Positions 1-10,383 are shown, numbered from the stretch's first letter. The stretch: 64,000 bases of DNA from an uncultured delta proteobacterium (GCA_963817385.1 CAWFOM010000009.1:1-64000), one strand, 5' to 3'. Notes: a model not told the origin generated them from the sequence alone. Made by a program: numbers and translations.

Positions 1-847
1 GGGGGAAGGTCCGATCGTGGAGACGCTCCGGAAGATCGTGGAGGATGACTTCTGGACGGCCGTGGAGGTCGGGTGGATGAAGGACCCCAAGGTGCGGCAC
101 GAAGCGACCAAGCTTCTGGAGACCTCGCACCTGGAGGTCTGTTACGCGAACCAGCCCCGGATGTTCACGCTCAAGCTCAACATCAACGACGCTGATCCGA
201 AGGAGCGGAAGAAGGCGATCAGCGCGATGAAAAACGGGGTCGACGATGCCTTCCAGCTCGGCGCCTCCTGCATGCGGGTCTTCTCGGGAAAGCACCCCGG
301 GGAAGAGAAAAAGGAGGAGGCCAAGAAGATCCTGATCGATTCCCTCAAGGAGATCTGCCGGTACACCAACGAGCAGGGTCCCATGGGGATCTACATGAAG
401 GTCTTCGACTTCGACATCGACAAGTGCTTCCTTATCGGTCATTTTCAGGATGCGGCGGACGTCGCTGCCGAGGTGAACAAGGAGTTCAGCAACTTCGGCG
501 TCCTGGCCGACCTTTCCCACTTTGGGCTCCTGCGGGAAACCCCCGAGGAGGCGATTCCCCTGGTGATGAAGTACCCCATGCACTTCCACATCGGGAGCGC
601 CGCCTTCCGCGACAGGCGGCACCCGGGTTACGGGGATCTCCAGCCCCGGTTCGGCATGCCGGGCGGTGAGGTCGATACCCCTCAGGTGAGGGACTATTTC
701 CGGCTTCTGCTCGACCTGAAGCTCCTCGATCCGGCGAAGAGGCCCGTCCTCAGCGCGGAAGTGAGACCGCTTCTTGCGGAGGAGACATCGGAAGCCATCA
801 TTGCCAACACCAAGCGGGTGATCAAAGAGGCCTGGGCGACGGTATAG
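1..847 (+). CDS. Sugar phosphate isomerase/epimerase, xylose-isomerase-like TIM barrel (5' end probably outside window)
   Basis: ORF 17..847 with family-like motifs (DLSHF, HFHIG, HPGYGDLQPRFG); lies directly upstream of a TTT transporter. Confidence 0.7.
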   Translation, partial: GEGPIVETLRKIVEDDFWTAVEVGWMKDPKVRHEATKLLETSHLEVCYANQPRMFTLKLNINDADPKERKKAISAMKNGVDDAFQLGASCMRVFSGKHPGEEKKEEAKKILIDSLKEICRYTNEQGPMGIYMKVFDFDIDKCFLIGHFQDAADVAAEVNKEFSNFGVLADLSHFGLLRETPEEAIPLVMKYPMHFHIGSAAFRDRRHPGYGDLQPRFGMPGGEVDTPQVRDYFRLLLDLKLLDPAKRPVLSAEVRPLLAEETSEAIIANTKRVIKEAWATV

Positions 848-894
848 CCCGGCCGGAAAACAACGGATTCAAGACGAGGAAGGGAGAAAGACCA

Positions 895-1881
895 ATGAAG
901 AGAATAGTCGACATGTTCGGGAGCAGTCGGATCCTCACAACCCTGTTTCTCATTGCAGCCCTGTCCATTGGGGGGATCGGCACCGCTTCGGCGGAGGATT
1001 GGCCCGTAAAGCAGGTGGAGCTGATCAACCCCTTCGCCGCAGGCGCGGCGGCCGACATCCAGGCCCGGAAACTCGCGGAGATCATCTCCCGGGATCTGGG
1101 ACAGCCGATGGTGGTGCGCAACGTGCTGGGCGCGGGCGGGGCCATCGCCTACAACGAAGTGAACCGGTCGAAACCCGACGGGCACACCCTGATCTGGTAT
1201 TCCGGCGCCGTCAACACCCTCGCCGCGAGGAAACAGATCCCTTATGACTACACCGCTTTCGAGTCCATCGCCGGGGTCGGCATCGAAACGGTCTCGATCG
1301 CCGTGGCCAAGAACGCCCCCTGGAAGGATCTCAAGGAGTTCATCGCCTACTGCAAGGCAAACCCCGGCAAGGTCACGATGGGGAACTCCGGGATGGGGAG
1401 CGTGACCCACATGGTGCCGGTCGCCATGGCCGCCAAGGCCGGCATCAAGATCATCCACGTACCCTTCGGGACGGGGCTGGCGATGGCGGCCCTGATGGGC
1501 GGAAAGATCGATTCATCGAGCCAGCACCCCGCCGAGGTGTTCAACCAGGTCAAGGCAGGGGAGGTGCGCATCCTGGCGGTAAGCAGCGAAAAACGGATCA
1601 ACATCTGGCCGGACGTTCCGACAATGAAAGAGTCGGGGGTCGATCTGGAGTTCGATCAATGGAGGGGCATCGCCGCCCCGAAAGGGACGCCCCAGGCCGT
1701 CGTCGACAAATTGAGCCCCCTGGTGAAAAAGGCCGTGGAAAGCAAGGAATGGATCGAGTTCGCCTCTTCGCTCGGTTCGACTCCACGGTACCTTGCCCCG
1801 GCGGCGTTCGCAAAGTTCGTCGCCGCAGTCGACAAGGAGACGAGGGAAATCATGGAAGGCGCCGGCCTCCTGAAAAAGTGA
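895..1881 (+). CDS. tctC: Tripartite tricarboxylate transporter substrate-binding protein (Bug/TctC)
   Basis: Signal peptide; WPVKQVELINPFAAGAAADIQAR, GAGGAI, PDGHTL, PDVPTMKESG and WRGIAAPKGTP motifs. Confidence 0.93.
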   Translation: MKRIVDMFGSSRILTTLFLIAALSIGGIGTASAEDWPVKQVELINPFAAGAAADIQARKLAEIISRDLGQPMVVRNVLGAGGAIAYNEVNRSKPDGHTLIWYSGAVNTLAARKQIPYDYTAFESIAGVGIETVSIAVAKNAPWKDLKEFIAYCKANPGKVTMGNSGMGSVTHMVPVAMAAKAGIKIIHVPFGTGLAMAALMGGKIDSSSQHPAEVFNQVKAGEVRILAVSSEKRINIWPDVPTMKESGVDLEFDQWRGIAAPKGTPQAVVDKLSPLVKKAVESKEWIEFASSLGSTPRYLAPAAFAKFVAAVDKETREIMEGAGLLKK

Positions 1882-1891
1882 ACCCCGATTC

Positions 1892-1925
1892 GGCGCCCCC
1901 CGTCCGATCCGAGAGGGGGGGCGCA
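1892..1925 (+). terminator. GC-rich stem-loop after tctC
   Basis: GCGCCCCCC...GGGGGGCGC inverted repeat directly after the stop codon. Confidence 0.5.
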
Positions 1926-1991
1926 CGATTTTCCCCTTAACCCCCGACCTGCCCCGGGGAATCACGGCGGTGCGGCGGCAGGCAGATGCCC

Positions 1992-2485
1992 ATGAACCCA
2001 CGAAAAGAGATCGCCAGCAGCCTCGTGCTGATCCTCTTCAGCACGATCTTCCTGGTCTACACAACACGGTATCCTCTTGATGATTGGGAAAATCCCGGGC
2101 CCGCGGTCTTTCCCCTGATCCTGGGCGGGGTACTGTTGATCCTCTCCTTATGGCAACTGATCCGCGCTTGGCTGGCGCCGAAAAAACACCGGACCGGGCG
2201 AGGGAAAAGGGACACGGAATCGCCGCCATGAAGAAATTCCTGCGGGACAACGGGGGAGAGGCGAAGGTTATCATCCTGACCGTCATGCTGATCCTGTATA
2301 TCCTCATGATGCAGTGGATCGGTTTTTTCGTCTCCACGTTCCTGCTCGTCGTCCTCACCAGCAGGCTCATGGAGGCAAAGGACTGGGGAATGCCCATCGC
2401 TCTTTCCGCGGGAGTCGGCCTTTTCTCTTATCTCCTCTTCGAGGTCTGGATCAAGTTGTCTTTTCCGAGGGGCATATTGTTTTAA
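1992..2485 (+). CDS. tctB: TctB small membrane subunit, with a -1 frameshift (~2185)
   Basis: N-half in ORF 1986..2231 (PGPAVFP) and C-half in ORF 2084..2485 (IGFFVSTF...LFEVWIKLSFPRG); an A6 run near 2181-2186 is a likely junction. Confidence 0.8.
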
Positions 2486-2500
2486 GGGAGGCTTGTTCCC

Positions 2501-3995
2501 GTGTCTGACCAGGGTATTTTATCGTATCTTCTCATCACGCTTCAGCCCGCCAACTTCTTCTCCTGCTTCGCCGGCGCGGTGATCGGCACGCTGATCGGGG
2601 TGCTGCCGGGCCTCGGCCCTGCGGCGGCCATGGCCCTGGTCATTCCGCTCACCCTGAAACTCGGTCCCACCGCCGGCCTGATCATGCTGGCGGGGATCTA
2701 TTACGGCTCCATGTACGGCGGCTCGACGACCTCGATCCTCGTGAATGTCCCGGGGGAACCCGCCAGCGTCGTCACGACCCTCGACGGATATGCGATGGCT
2801 CGAAAGGGGCGGGCCGGGGCGGCCCTGGCCATCTCCGCCATCGGCTCCTTCGCCGCCGGGACCTTCAGCGTGATCGCCCTGCAGTTTTTCGCGCCCGTCC
2901 TGGCCAGGACCGCCCTCGCCTTCGGACCGGCCGAATACTTCGCCCTGACGGTCCTGGGGGTCGTCCTCCTGTCCAACCTGACCGGAAAATCCCGGATCCG
3001 ATCGCTCATCATGATGATGGCGGGCCTCATCCTCTCCGCCGTGGGGATGGACCCGATCGGCGGCCTGGAGCGCTTCTCGTTCGGCATCGAAACCGCCCAG
3101 GGAGGGCATCAGCTTCATCGCCATAACCACCGGCCTCTTCGGGATTGCCGAGGTCTTTGAGGTGATGGCCGCCCGGGAAAAACCGGTGGAAATCCTGCCC
3201 GTCAAATTCCGCGAACTCTACCCCAACCGGAAAGAGATGAAGCGCTCGATAGCCCCCATTGCCCGCGGATCGGTCCTGGGATTTCTGATCGGCCTCTTGC
3301 CGGGACCCGCAGCCACGATGGCCTCGTTCGCCTCCTATGGCCTGGAGCGATCGATCTCCAAGCACCCGGAGGAGTTCGGCAACGGCGCCATCGAAGGGGT
3401 GGCCGGACCCGAATCGGCCAACAATGCCGCGTGCGGCGGGGCGATGATCCCGCTGCTCTCCCTGGGGCTCCCCTTCACCCCGGCCACGGCCGTTCTTCTG
3501 GGGGGAATGCTCATGCACGGCATCACTCCGGGTCCTTTTCTCCTGCGCGACCGCCCCGACGTCTTCTGGGGGGTCATCGGCAGTTTCTATCTCGGCAACG
3601 CCATGCTCCTGATCCTCAACCTCCCCCTCGTCGGGATTTTTGCCAAGCTCGTCCGGGTTCCTTCCCGATACCTGATGCCGGTCATCGTGGTTCTCTGTGC
3701 GATCGGCACCTACGGGGACAACGGCGCCCTCTTCGATGTCTGGGTGATGCTGGGGGCGGGAGTGATCGGCTATGTGATGCGCAAATACGATTATCAGCCC
3801 GCCCCGCTGGTGGTGGGACTGGTCCTGGGACCGGTGATGGAGCGGTCCTTCCGGCAGACGCTGATCATCTCCGGAGGAAGGGTCGAGAGCCTCTGGGAAT
3901 CGCCCCTCTGCATGGTCATGTGGGGCGTCGCGCTGCTGTCCATCGTCCTGCCGGGCATGATACGCCTCGTCAAACGGGGAATAAAGGCCCTTTAG
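2501..3995 (+). CDS. tctA: TctA large membrane subunit, with a +1 frameshift (~3100)
   Basis: [26 protein letters not shown], then ESANNA in ORF 3162..3995; the second frame reads [17 protein letters not shown] across the junction. Confidence 0.88.
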
Positions 3996-4140
3996 AAAAG
4001 CTTCGGAGAGACCCTTGAAAGAGGGAAGCGCGCCTATAAATCGCCTTCATCCGGTTCTTGCGTACTTCTCTCGCATTCACCTACAATGCATGAATATGCT
4101 GATATTGATAGGAATGAAAAGTATCAATTGAAATGTGCAT

Positions 4141-4176
4141 AAAAAAGGGACAGGGCCATTGCTGACCCTGCCCTTC
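4141..4176 (-). terminator. Rho-independent terminator of the PEP-CTERM gene
   Basis: Minus strand reads AAGGGCAGGG...CCCTGTCCCTTTTTT: a stem followed by a U-tract, ~35 nt after the stop. Confidence 0.7.
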
Positions 4177-4209
4177 TGAAAATAAACTGTTTATGTGTTT
4201 CGTTACTTC

Positions 4210-5121
4210 TTAAATAAACTTTCGCCTAGCTCCGGCAATTCCGACCAGCCCAAGGCCAAGAAGGAGCATTGTGGCTGGTTCGGGAACAGTATATTCAGGG
4301 GATTGGTAACTTTGTATATTAAAACACTCTGCTGATAATGTAATTGGGTCTCCACCTTCAAGGTCAGTTCTATATGCCATGGTTCCATAATACTTTTCGT
4401 ACCGATTACTATCTTTCATGTATTCAACCATATTATCAAATGAAAAACCGGTCGCACCGTACTCAACGAAAAAATTTTTTAGTTCCTCACTAAAATACGA
4501 TAAACCAGTATTTCCGTCATAAAAACTTTCTGATTCATCACTGGCAGATGTTAATATTGATATATTTTTAAGTTCATCTAAAACATCAATAAAACCACCG
4601 GAATGACAGGAATCAATAACTATCCACTTATGCACATCTGAAGGAATATAGCTCAAATAAGTCTTCAATTCTTCTGGTGTAATCATATAATCTGTACCAA
4701 ACCACCCACCATAATGGACTCTTATCCTATTAGGATCGTTACCTCCATGTCCAATTATGTATAGGAAATAATCGTCAACATTTGTAAATGTGGTACTAAT
4801 ATTGTCCGCATCATTAGATATCCCAGCACCTATTGCAGCTGAAGTCATAATCATTCCAGCATTTTCGTAGCTCTGGGTAGTTCCAGCAACAGTCATCCCG
4901 CCATATGAACGAGCAAATGGCTCTCCAAGTCGTAGAGCTTCTATTCCTCCATGTAAGTCCGCCCCCTTAGTGTCCTCAACTCCAATGAAGTGTGAGAAAT
5001 TCTTTTGTTCCTCAAAACTCTTTCCCGATTGGTATGTTTCAATATATGGTGTTGCACAAACTACCGATGCAAGGAATAAAGAAATCAGTGTTCCCAAAAC
5101 AAAATGTCTTACAAGTTTCAT
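4210..5121 (-). CDS. PEP-CTERM surface protein with a caspase/peptidase C13-like (clan CD) domain
   Basis: AGGAGG RBS before ATG 5121; signal peptide; YIIGHG and VIDSCHSGGF His/Cys motifs; ILTSASDESES; C-terminal VPEPATMLLLGLGLVGIAGARRKF. Confidence 0.85.
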   Translation of the reverse strand: MKLVRHFVLGTLISLFLASVVCATPYIETYQSGKSFEEQKNFSHFIGVEDTKGADLHGGIEALRLGEPFARSYGGMTVAGTTQSYENAGMIMTSAAIGAGISNDADNISTTFTNVDDYFLYIIGHGGNDPNRIRVHYGGWFGTDYMITPEELKTYLSYIPSDVHKWIVIDSCHSGGFIDVLDELKNISILTSASDESESFYDGNTGLSYFSEELKNFFVEYGATGFSFDNMVEYMKDSNRYEKYYGTMAYRTDLEGGDPITLSAECFNIQSYQSPEYTVPEPATMLLLGLGLVGIAGARRKFI

Positions 5122-5271
5122 GTATAACGCCCTCCTTAAATCCATATTTATTTAATAACAAATCAGAATTTTACTTAATCTACCTTTGCATGAAGGCAGG
5201 ACCAATACTTACCCCTGCTAATCCCCACTCATGTCTTATTCTCCCTATGTATCAGTAGTATGTTGATTATA

Positions 5272-5287
5272 TGCAAGAATTGCTCCT
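5272..5287 (-). promoter_or_regulatory. Putative sigma54 -24/-12 promoter of the PEP-CTERM gene
   Basis: Minus strand AGGAGCAATTCTTGCA has correct GG-N10-GC spacing and a TTGCA -12 box. Confidence 0.55.
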
Positions 5288-5416
5288 TAAAACTTTATAA
5301 CTATATGGTGCGATGAACATATCTCCGCATTAACTTGATATATGGGGGCTTGCTCAAGTAAAATATTTTCTGCTGCATGATATGAAGACTTTGTTGCCCG
5401 AGTCGGAAGCAAGAAT

Positions 5417-5524
5417 TGTAAACTTATCCGACAGTAAATAGTGGTACATATTCATAAGATTTAACTAAACTATATGTAATCAAGTCACATTATTTCTATT
5501 TCGATATCGTAAAGGTATCCGACA
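5417..5524. promoter_or_regulatory. Two enhancer-like boxes (TGT-N11-ACA type) upstream of the sigma54 promoter
   Basis: TGTAAACTTATCCGACA (5417-5433) and CGTAAAGGTATCCGACA (5508-5524). Confidence 0.55.
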
Positions 5525-5672
5525 CTTTTCCCGATTCCTTACAAATACATTATGATGTACTTTTGTGGTGAGAATAGATTGCCCAATGTGAGCATTTCCG
5601 ATCGAAAGTATGCGTATTCAGCGAGAAGGACAATCTGTTGCTTTCAGGAAGTACACGAGAACCGGGCAAATC

Positions 5673-6822
5673 TTAAATTTCCTTCCGCAGCGCCTCGTCC
5701 GGCGCAAATTGGATCGCGTCATGGGTGCAGGCTTCCCTGCAGGCGCTGCAGAGCATGCACCGCTCCGACGAGAGCACCGGGGGTATGCCGGGTTTCAGGG
5801 CCTCTGCGGGACAGGCATCCACGCAGGCCACACATCCGGGGGGGCATTTCTCCGCCGTAAAAACCGGTCGATAGCATACCCGGTCGGCAAAGAACGCCCG
5901 GCTGGTCTTCCCCCCCCCGACACCGGAGAGGTAGCAGTAGGACGATTCCGGGATGACAACGGGCCGATTGAACCCCGGAATGGGAGAACAGTCGCCTTCG
6001 ATCTCGATGGCGTCGAGATCGGTCTCGCCGACCCCCCGTTCCCGGGCGATGCGCAGGTACGGCACCTCATCCTTCTCGAATCCCATCATGCGGGCCATGA
6101 CGGCATCCAGCGCGACGGCATCGGTGGAGGCCAGCACCTTGTTCACCCGGCGGGTCTCCGGGGAGCACGGCCCGTACCCTTCCATGGCGAGGATCCCGTC
6201 CATGATCACCAGATCCGGCGGACGCAGCCGGTACATCTCGATCAGGATCTCGGCGAAGAGCTCCGGCCGTTCCGAATAGTAGTGGTACCAGGATTTCTGC
6301 GCGCCCGCCAGGAGTCCGTAGTTGTTCTTCACCGCCCCGCTGAGCATCGTCATGCCGTGGGTCTTCATCTTCGCCAGCGAGATGTAGACGTCGGCCTCCA
6401 GGACGTCCCTGAGCACGGCGACCCGGCGTTTGAACGGCCGTTTAACATCCACCATCTTCAGGTTGAGCGAGAGGTTGCGATAGTGCGGCCCCGCGGCGGC
6501 GGCCAGTCCGGTAGTATCGAAGATATGCTGGGAATTGCCGTATGACTCCGTGCCGACCGAATCGCCGACGATGATCCGCTTCGGCCCCAGGGTCTCCAGT
6601 TTATCGATGACCGCCTTGAGCAGCGCCGGATGGGTCACGATGGCCGAGTTGATCCGGATCGCACGCCCGGATGGCGTTGACCTTGACGACGACGCTTTTT
6701 CCCTCGATTGCCAGAGGGAAAGCGGCAAACGCGTGTTCCACCGCCTCGGCACAGGTCTGATAACTGCTCTCCATGATGATGACTTTACTGCGACTACCCA
6801 TTTTCTCTGCCTCCGTTTTCAT
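5673..6822 (-). CDS. DUF362 domain protein with C-terminal 2x[4Fe-4S] ferredoxin, with a +1 frameshift (~6645)
   Basis: N-terminus ...GKSVVVKVN in ORF 6601..6822, then VTHP, AKMKTHG, GAVKN, DAVALD, CxxCxxxCP and CMLCSACREAC in ORF 5673..6752. Confidence 0.8.
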
Positions 6823-6948
6823 TCCCCCATACCTCTGCCCCTGTCCCCAACCGCACGACAGTCTTTGACGACGGCAACCACCGCAGACGTTGATTATAGC
6901 TGAGCTGGGAAAGGGGTGAAGGGTGGTTCGATCACACCGCCGTGGTCC

Positions 6949-7821
6949 CTACCGTTTCAACAGTTTGCTCCCGTACAGACCGGTCGGCTTGACCAGGAGG
7001 ATCAGCAGCATGATCGCGAAGGGGGCCATCTGTGCGAGCGGGGCGTAGATGAGCGAACCGATCGAGACGACCTGCCCGACGATCAGGGCGGAGATCAGGG
7101 TCCCCTTGATGCTCCCCAGGCCGCCGATAATGACGACCATGAAGATGAACGGCATCACCTCGAGCCCCATCTGGGGATCCACCATGATCAGGGGCGCGTT
7201 CAACCCCCCGGCCAGGCCGGAGAGGGTCCCGGCGATGATGAACGTGATGGTGAACAGTCGGTAGACGTTGATACCGAGGCCTTCTACATGCTCGACGTCC
7301 TCGATGCCGGCCCGGATCGCCTTGCCGGTGATCGTCCGGTTCAGGAAGAGCCAGATGCCCCCATACACGAGGGCCGCAATGACAACGACAATCAGCCGGT
7401 AAACGGGGATTTCCGTGCCCATGATGTTCATCTGGGCCATGATCGGCATGGGAACCGGGCGCGGGACGAGTCCCCAGATCGCCTTGATGACGCCGACCCC
7501 CCCGATCAGGATCCCGAAGGAGGTGATCATGGTAAAGGCGATATCCCGCTCGTAGATGCGCAAGAATATGAACCTCTCCACGGCGAAACTGAGCACGCCC
7601 GCCACGACAAGCCCCGCGAGTGCGCCCAGCCACATGCTGCCGGTGGTGACGCTGATGGTATAGGTGATGTACGCGCCGACGGAGTAGTAGAGCAACTGAT
7701 CGAGGCTGATGATGCGCATCAAGCCGAAACAGAGCGATAGCCCGATCGCCATCAGGAAAAAAATGCTCCCGATGCTCAGACCGAAGATCACGCCGGAAAT
7801 CAGCAGTTGTGTGTCTATCAT
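6949..7821 (-). CDS. livH: Branched-chain amino acid-type ABC permease (LivH family)
   Basis: AIGLSLCFG, TITGKAIRA and VVIIGGLGSIKG motifs; hydrophobic. Confidence 0.88.
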   Translation of the reverse strand: MIDTQLLISGVIFGLSIGSIFFLMAIGLSLCFGLMRIISLDQLLYYSVGAYITYTISVTTGSMWLGALAGLVVAGVLSFAVERFIFLRIYERDIAFTMITSFGILIGGVGVIKAIWGLVPRPVPMPIMAQMNIMGTEIPVYRLIVVVIAALVYGGIWLFLNRTITGKAIRAGIEDVEHVEGLGINVYRLFTITFIIAGTLSGLAGGLNAPLIMVDPQMGLEVMPFIFMVVIIGGLGSIKGTLISALIVGQVVSIGSLIYAPLAQMAPFAIMLLILLVKPTGLYGSKLLKR

Positions 7822-7854
7822 GGACCCGTGTCTCCCCTGTCGTTCATTCCCATC

Positions 7855-8805
7855 TTAAGCGGGCTTCCCGGAAAACAGCTTTTTGAGCCGCGGCTCCAGC
7901 GATCCCCAGATACCCTTTTCTCCGGCGAGCATGATGAAGACCAGCAAGAAGCCGATGAACAGCTCCCAGTTGCCGATCAGATTGCTGATCAGGTCCTTCA
8001 TCCCGGTGAAGGCAACCGACCCGACGAGGGGGCCGTACAGCGTGCCGACGCCGCCGAGAATCGTCACCACGACCGGGTCGGCGGCGCGATGGGCGCTGGT
8101 CATCTCAGGGCTGACGAAGCCCAGATAGATGGCGTACATCGAGCCCGCCAGGGCCGTCGTCGTGTTGGCGATGACAAAGGCCATGAGGCGGATCTTGAAG
8201 TTGCTGTAGCCGAGAAAATTGACCTTGTCCTCGTTGATCTTGGAGGCCAGGCAGCAGGCGCCGTACAGGGTGTCGTTGAGGTATTTGTAGAAACCCCAAA
8301 CCGCCAACCCCACCAGAAAGGCGAAGATGTAAAACTCCTTCGGCCGGGTGATGTCCAGAACGGGCGTGGATTTCATGTTGGTCAAAAACCACAGCCCGTT
8401 GTCACCCTGGGTGATGGGGGCCAGGACCTTCTGCATCATGTAGAAGATGATCACCGCCAGGGCCAGGTTTACCAGGGCGAAGTAGTCGCTGCGCAGCCGG
8501 ACGAAGAGGGGGCCGACGATGAGCGACATGACGATCCCCGCCGCGATCCCGATCAGGATGCCGATGTAGGGGTTGGTGCCGAAGTAAAAGAGATAAAAGG
8601 CGGTGGCATAGGCGCCGGTCGCCAGATAGGCCGGCTGTCCGAAGGAGATGAACCCGACCTTCCCCAAAAGGAAGCTGCAACCCATGACGTAGATGGAAAA
8701 AATGATGATCTCGTTGGAGAATGGCAGGGGCAGGAACACCCTGATCAGCGCCAACAGAAAAAAGGCCAACAGTATGCCCCACCACCACCTGAACATGTCT
8801 ATCAT
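7855..8805 (-). CDS. livM: Branched-chain amino acid-type ABC permease (LivM family)
   Basis: ISFGQ, RLRSDYFALVNLA and ILGGVGTLYGP motifs. Confidence 0.88.
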   Translation of the reverse strand: MIDMFRWWWGILLAFFLLALIRVFLPLPFSNEIIIFSIYVMGCSFLLGKVGFISFGQPAYLATGAYATAFYLFYFGTNPYIGILIGIAAGIVMSLIVGPLFVRLRSDYFALVNLALAVIIFYMMQKVLAPITQGDNGLWFLTNMKSTPVLDITRPKEFYIFAFLVGLAVWGFYKYLNDTLYGACCLASKINEDKVNFLGYSNFKIRLMAFVIANTTTALAGSMYAIYLGFVSPEMTSAHRAADPVVVTILGGVGTLYGPLVGSVAFTGMKDLISNLIGNWELFIGFLLVFIMLAGEKGIWGSLEPRLKKLFSGKPA

Positions 8806-8820
8806 GGGAATTCCTTTTCG

Positions 8821-9516
8821 TTAGAGGTAGCCCTCGCAAACATTCGCCACGATCCTTTCGCCGACGAGTTCCGTGACGATCCGTCCCTCCTTGATCGCGT
8901 AGACCTTCTCGGAGATGGCGCAAACCAGGGGCAGGTTCTGTTCGACGATCACCAGCGCCGCCTTCTTGCTCAGTTCCTTGAAGACATCTTTCAGATGCGC
9001 CACGATGCTCGGGGCGAGGCCCTCGGTCGGTTCATCGATCAAGAGCACCTTGGGACTGCCCAGGATCGCCCGGCCGATCATCAGCATCTGCCGCTCCCCG
9101 CCGCTCAGATGTCCGGCCTTGCGGTCCATGAGCTGCTTGAGCTTGGGAAAATAGTCGGTCACCTGATCCCAGTTGTAATCCTTGGTTGCATAGCTGCCCA
9201 GCTCCAGATTTTCCCGGACGGTCAGATCGGAAAAGACCTTCTTGTCCTGCGGAACGTACTTGATCCCCATTTTGGCGATATCGTAGGACCTGACACCCAC
9301 GAGGCTCTCGCCGTTGCAGGTTACTTCTCCCGAGACATTCTTGATGAAACCCGCGATGCTCTTGAGCAGGGTGGATTTTCCCGCGCCGTTGCGCCCCACG
9401 CAGGCGACCACCTGCCCCGGCCGGACACCCATTTCGATATCGAACAGGACCTTCGATTCGCCGTAAGAAACGTTGAGGTTTCGGACCGTCAGTATGTCAG
9501 TCTGATTCATCGTCAT
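8821..9516 (-). CDS. livF: ABC ATP-binding protein (LivF family)
   Basis: GRNGAGKST, LTVRENL, LSGGERQM and IDEPTEGLAP; start at MTMNQTD. Confidence 0.9.
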   Translation of the reverse strand: MTMNQTDILTVRNLNVSYGESKVLFDIEMGVRPGQVVACVGRNGAGKSTLLKSIAGFIKNVSGEVTCNGESLVGVRSYDIAKMGIKYVPQDKKVFSDLTVRENLELGSYATKDYNWDQVTDYFPKLKQLMDRKAGHLSGGERQMLMIGRAILGSPKVLLIDEPTEGLAPSIVAHLKDVFKELSKKAALVIVEQNLPLVCAISEKVYAIKEGRIVTELVGERIVANVCEGYL

Positions 9517-9523
9517 GAACTCC

Positions 9524-10322
9524 CTATGCGCAGGCGCCCGCGCCCCCGTCCCCGGAGACGTCGATCTGCCAGTAGCTTTTCCGAACCTCCGGATCCCGGA
9601 GACACTCCTCATACCCGCCGTCCGCGATGACCCTGCCCTCATGCATGACGGTGAGCCGCTGGAGGAAGTCCTCCACCTGGGAGATCTTGTGCTCCACGAT
9701 CAGAATCGTCTGCCTGCCGACATGCCGGCGCAGGACGCCAAGGACGCTTTTGATCTCCGACTCGCCGAGCCCCGCCAGCGGTTCGTCCAGGAGCAGCACC
9801 TTCGGTTCGGCGAGGATCGCCATGGCGATCTCAAGGCGTCGTTTTTCGCCCAGGCTCAGATGCTTCACCTCTCGTGCGGCCACATCCTGCAGTTCGAACG
9901 TCTCCAGGATCGAGACGATTTTCTCATCCCTCCGGTGCCGTTTGCAGGTGTTCGTGATCAGATGAAACAGCGATGACTTCCTGTGCGCCCGGAAAAAGGA
10001 GAGGACCAGGTTGTCGATCACGCTGAGGTTGTCGAATGTGGAGGTCAACTGGAAGGTCCGCATCATCCCCAGGGCGACCCGTTCCTGGGGGGTCATGCGG
10101 GTTACATCCTGACCTTGGTAACGGATGGTCCCTTCATCGGGCGGGTAATACCCCGTAATGAGGTTGAAGAAGGTGGTCTTGCCCGCACCGTTGGAGCCGA
10201 TGATGCCCGCCACCTCGTTTTCATGCAGCAGATAATCCACCCGGTCCACGGCGACAAGCTCGCCGAAACGTTTCGTTACCCCTTCAGTTTTGATGATTTC
10301 TGCGCCCAGATCTTGTGCTCAC
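9524..10322 (-). CDS. livG: ABC ATP-binding protein (LivG family); extra base directly after the probable GTG start
   Basis: Frame reads AQDLGAEIIKTEGVTKRFGELVAVD, GSNGAGKTT, LSLGEKRRLE, LLDEP; GTG-A-GCA-CAA at 10322 is 1 nt out of frame. Confidence 0.85.
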
Positions 10323-10342
10323 GGCCAGCCCTTTTCCTTAGG

Positions 10343-10377
10343 TTCCGCCCCGGTGAAGAACTTTCACCGGGGCGGAG
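10343..10377 (-). terminator. Stem-loop between the SBP and ATPase genes
   Basis: TCCGCCCCGGTGAA...TTCACCGGGGCGGA inverted repeat. Confidence 0.55.
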
Positions 10378-10383
10378 AGAGGT

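Larger units (their letters stand above)
4051..5665. mobile_element. AT-rich cassette bounded by imperfect terminal inverted repeats (non-autonomous, no transposase)
   Basis: CCGGTTCTTGCGTACTTC (4051-4068) vs reverse complement of 5648-5665, CCGGTTCTCGTGTACTTC (16/18 match); the AT-rich composition starts and ends at these repeats. Confidence 0.6.

Noticed and set aside
2178..2190. Programmed -1 frameshift in tctB
   Set aside because: The A6 run is not an in-phase X XXY YYZ heptamer; a homopolymer sequencing error is simpler
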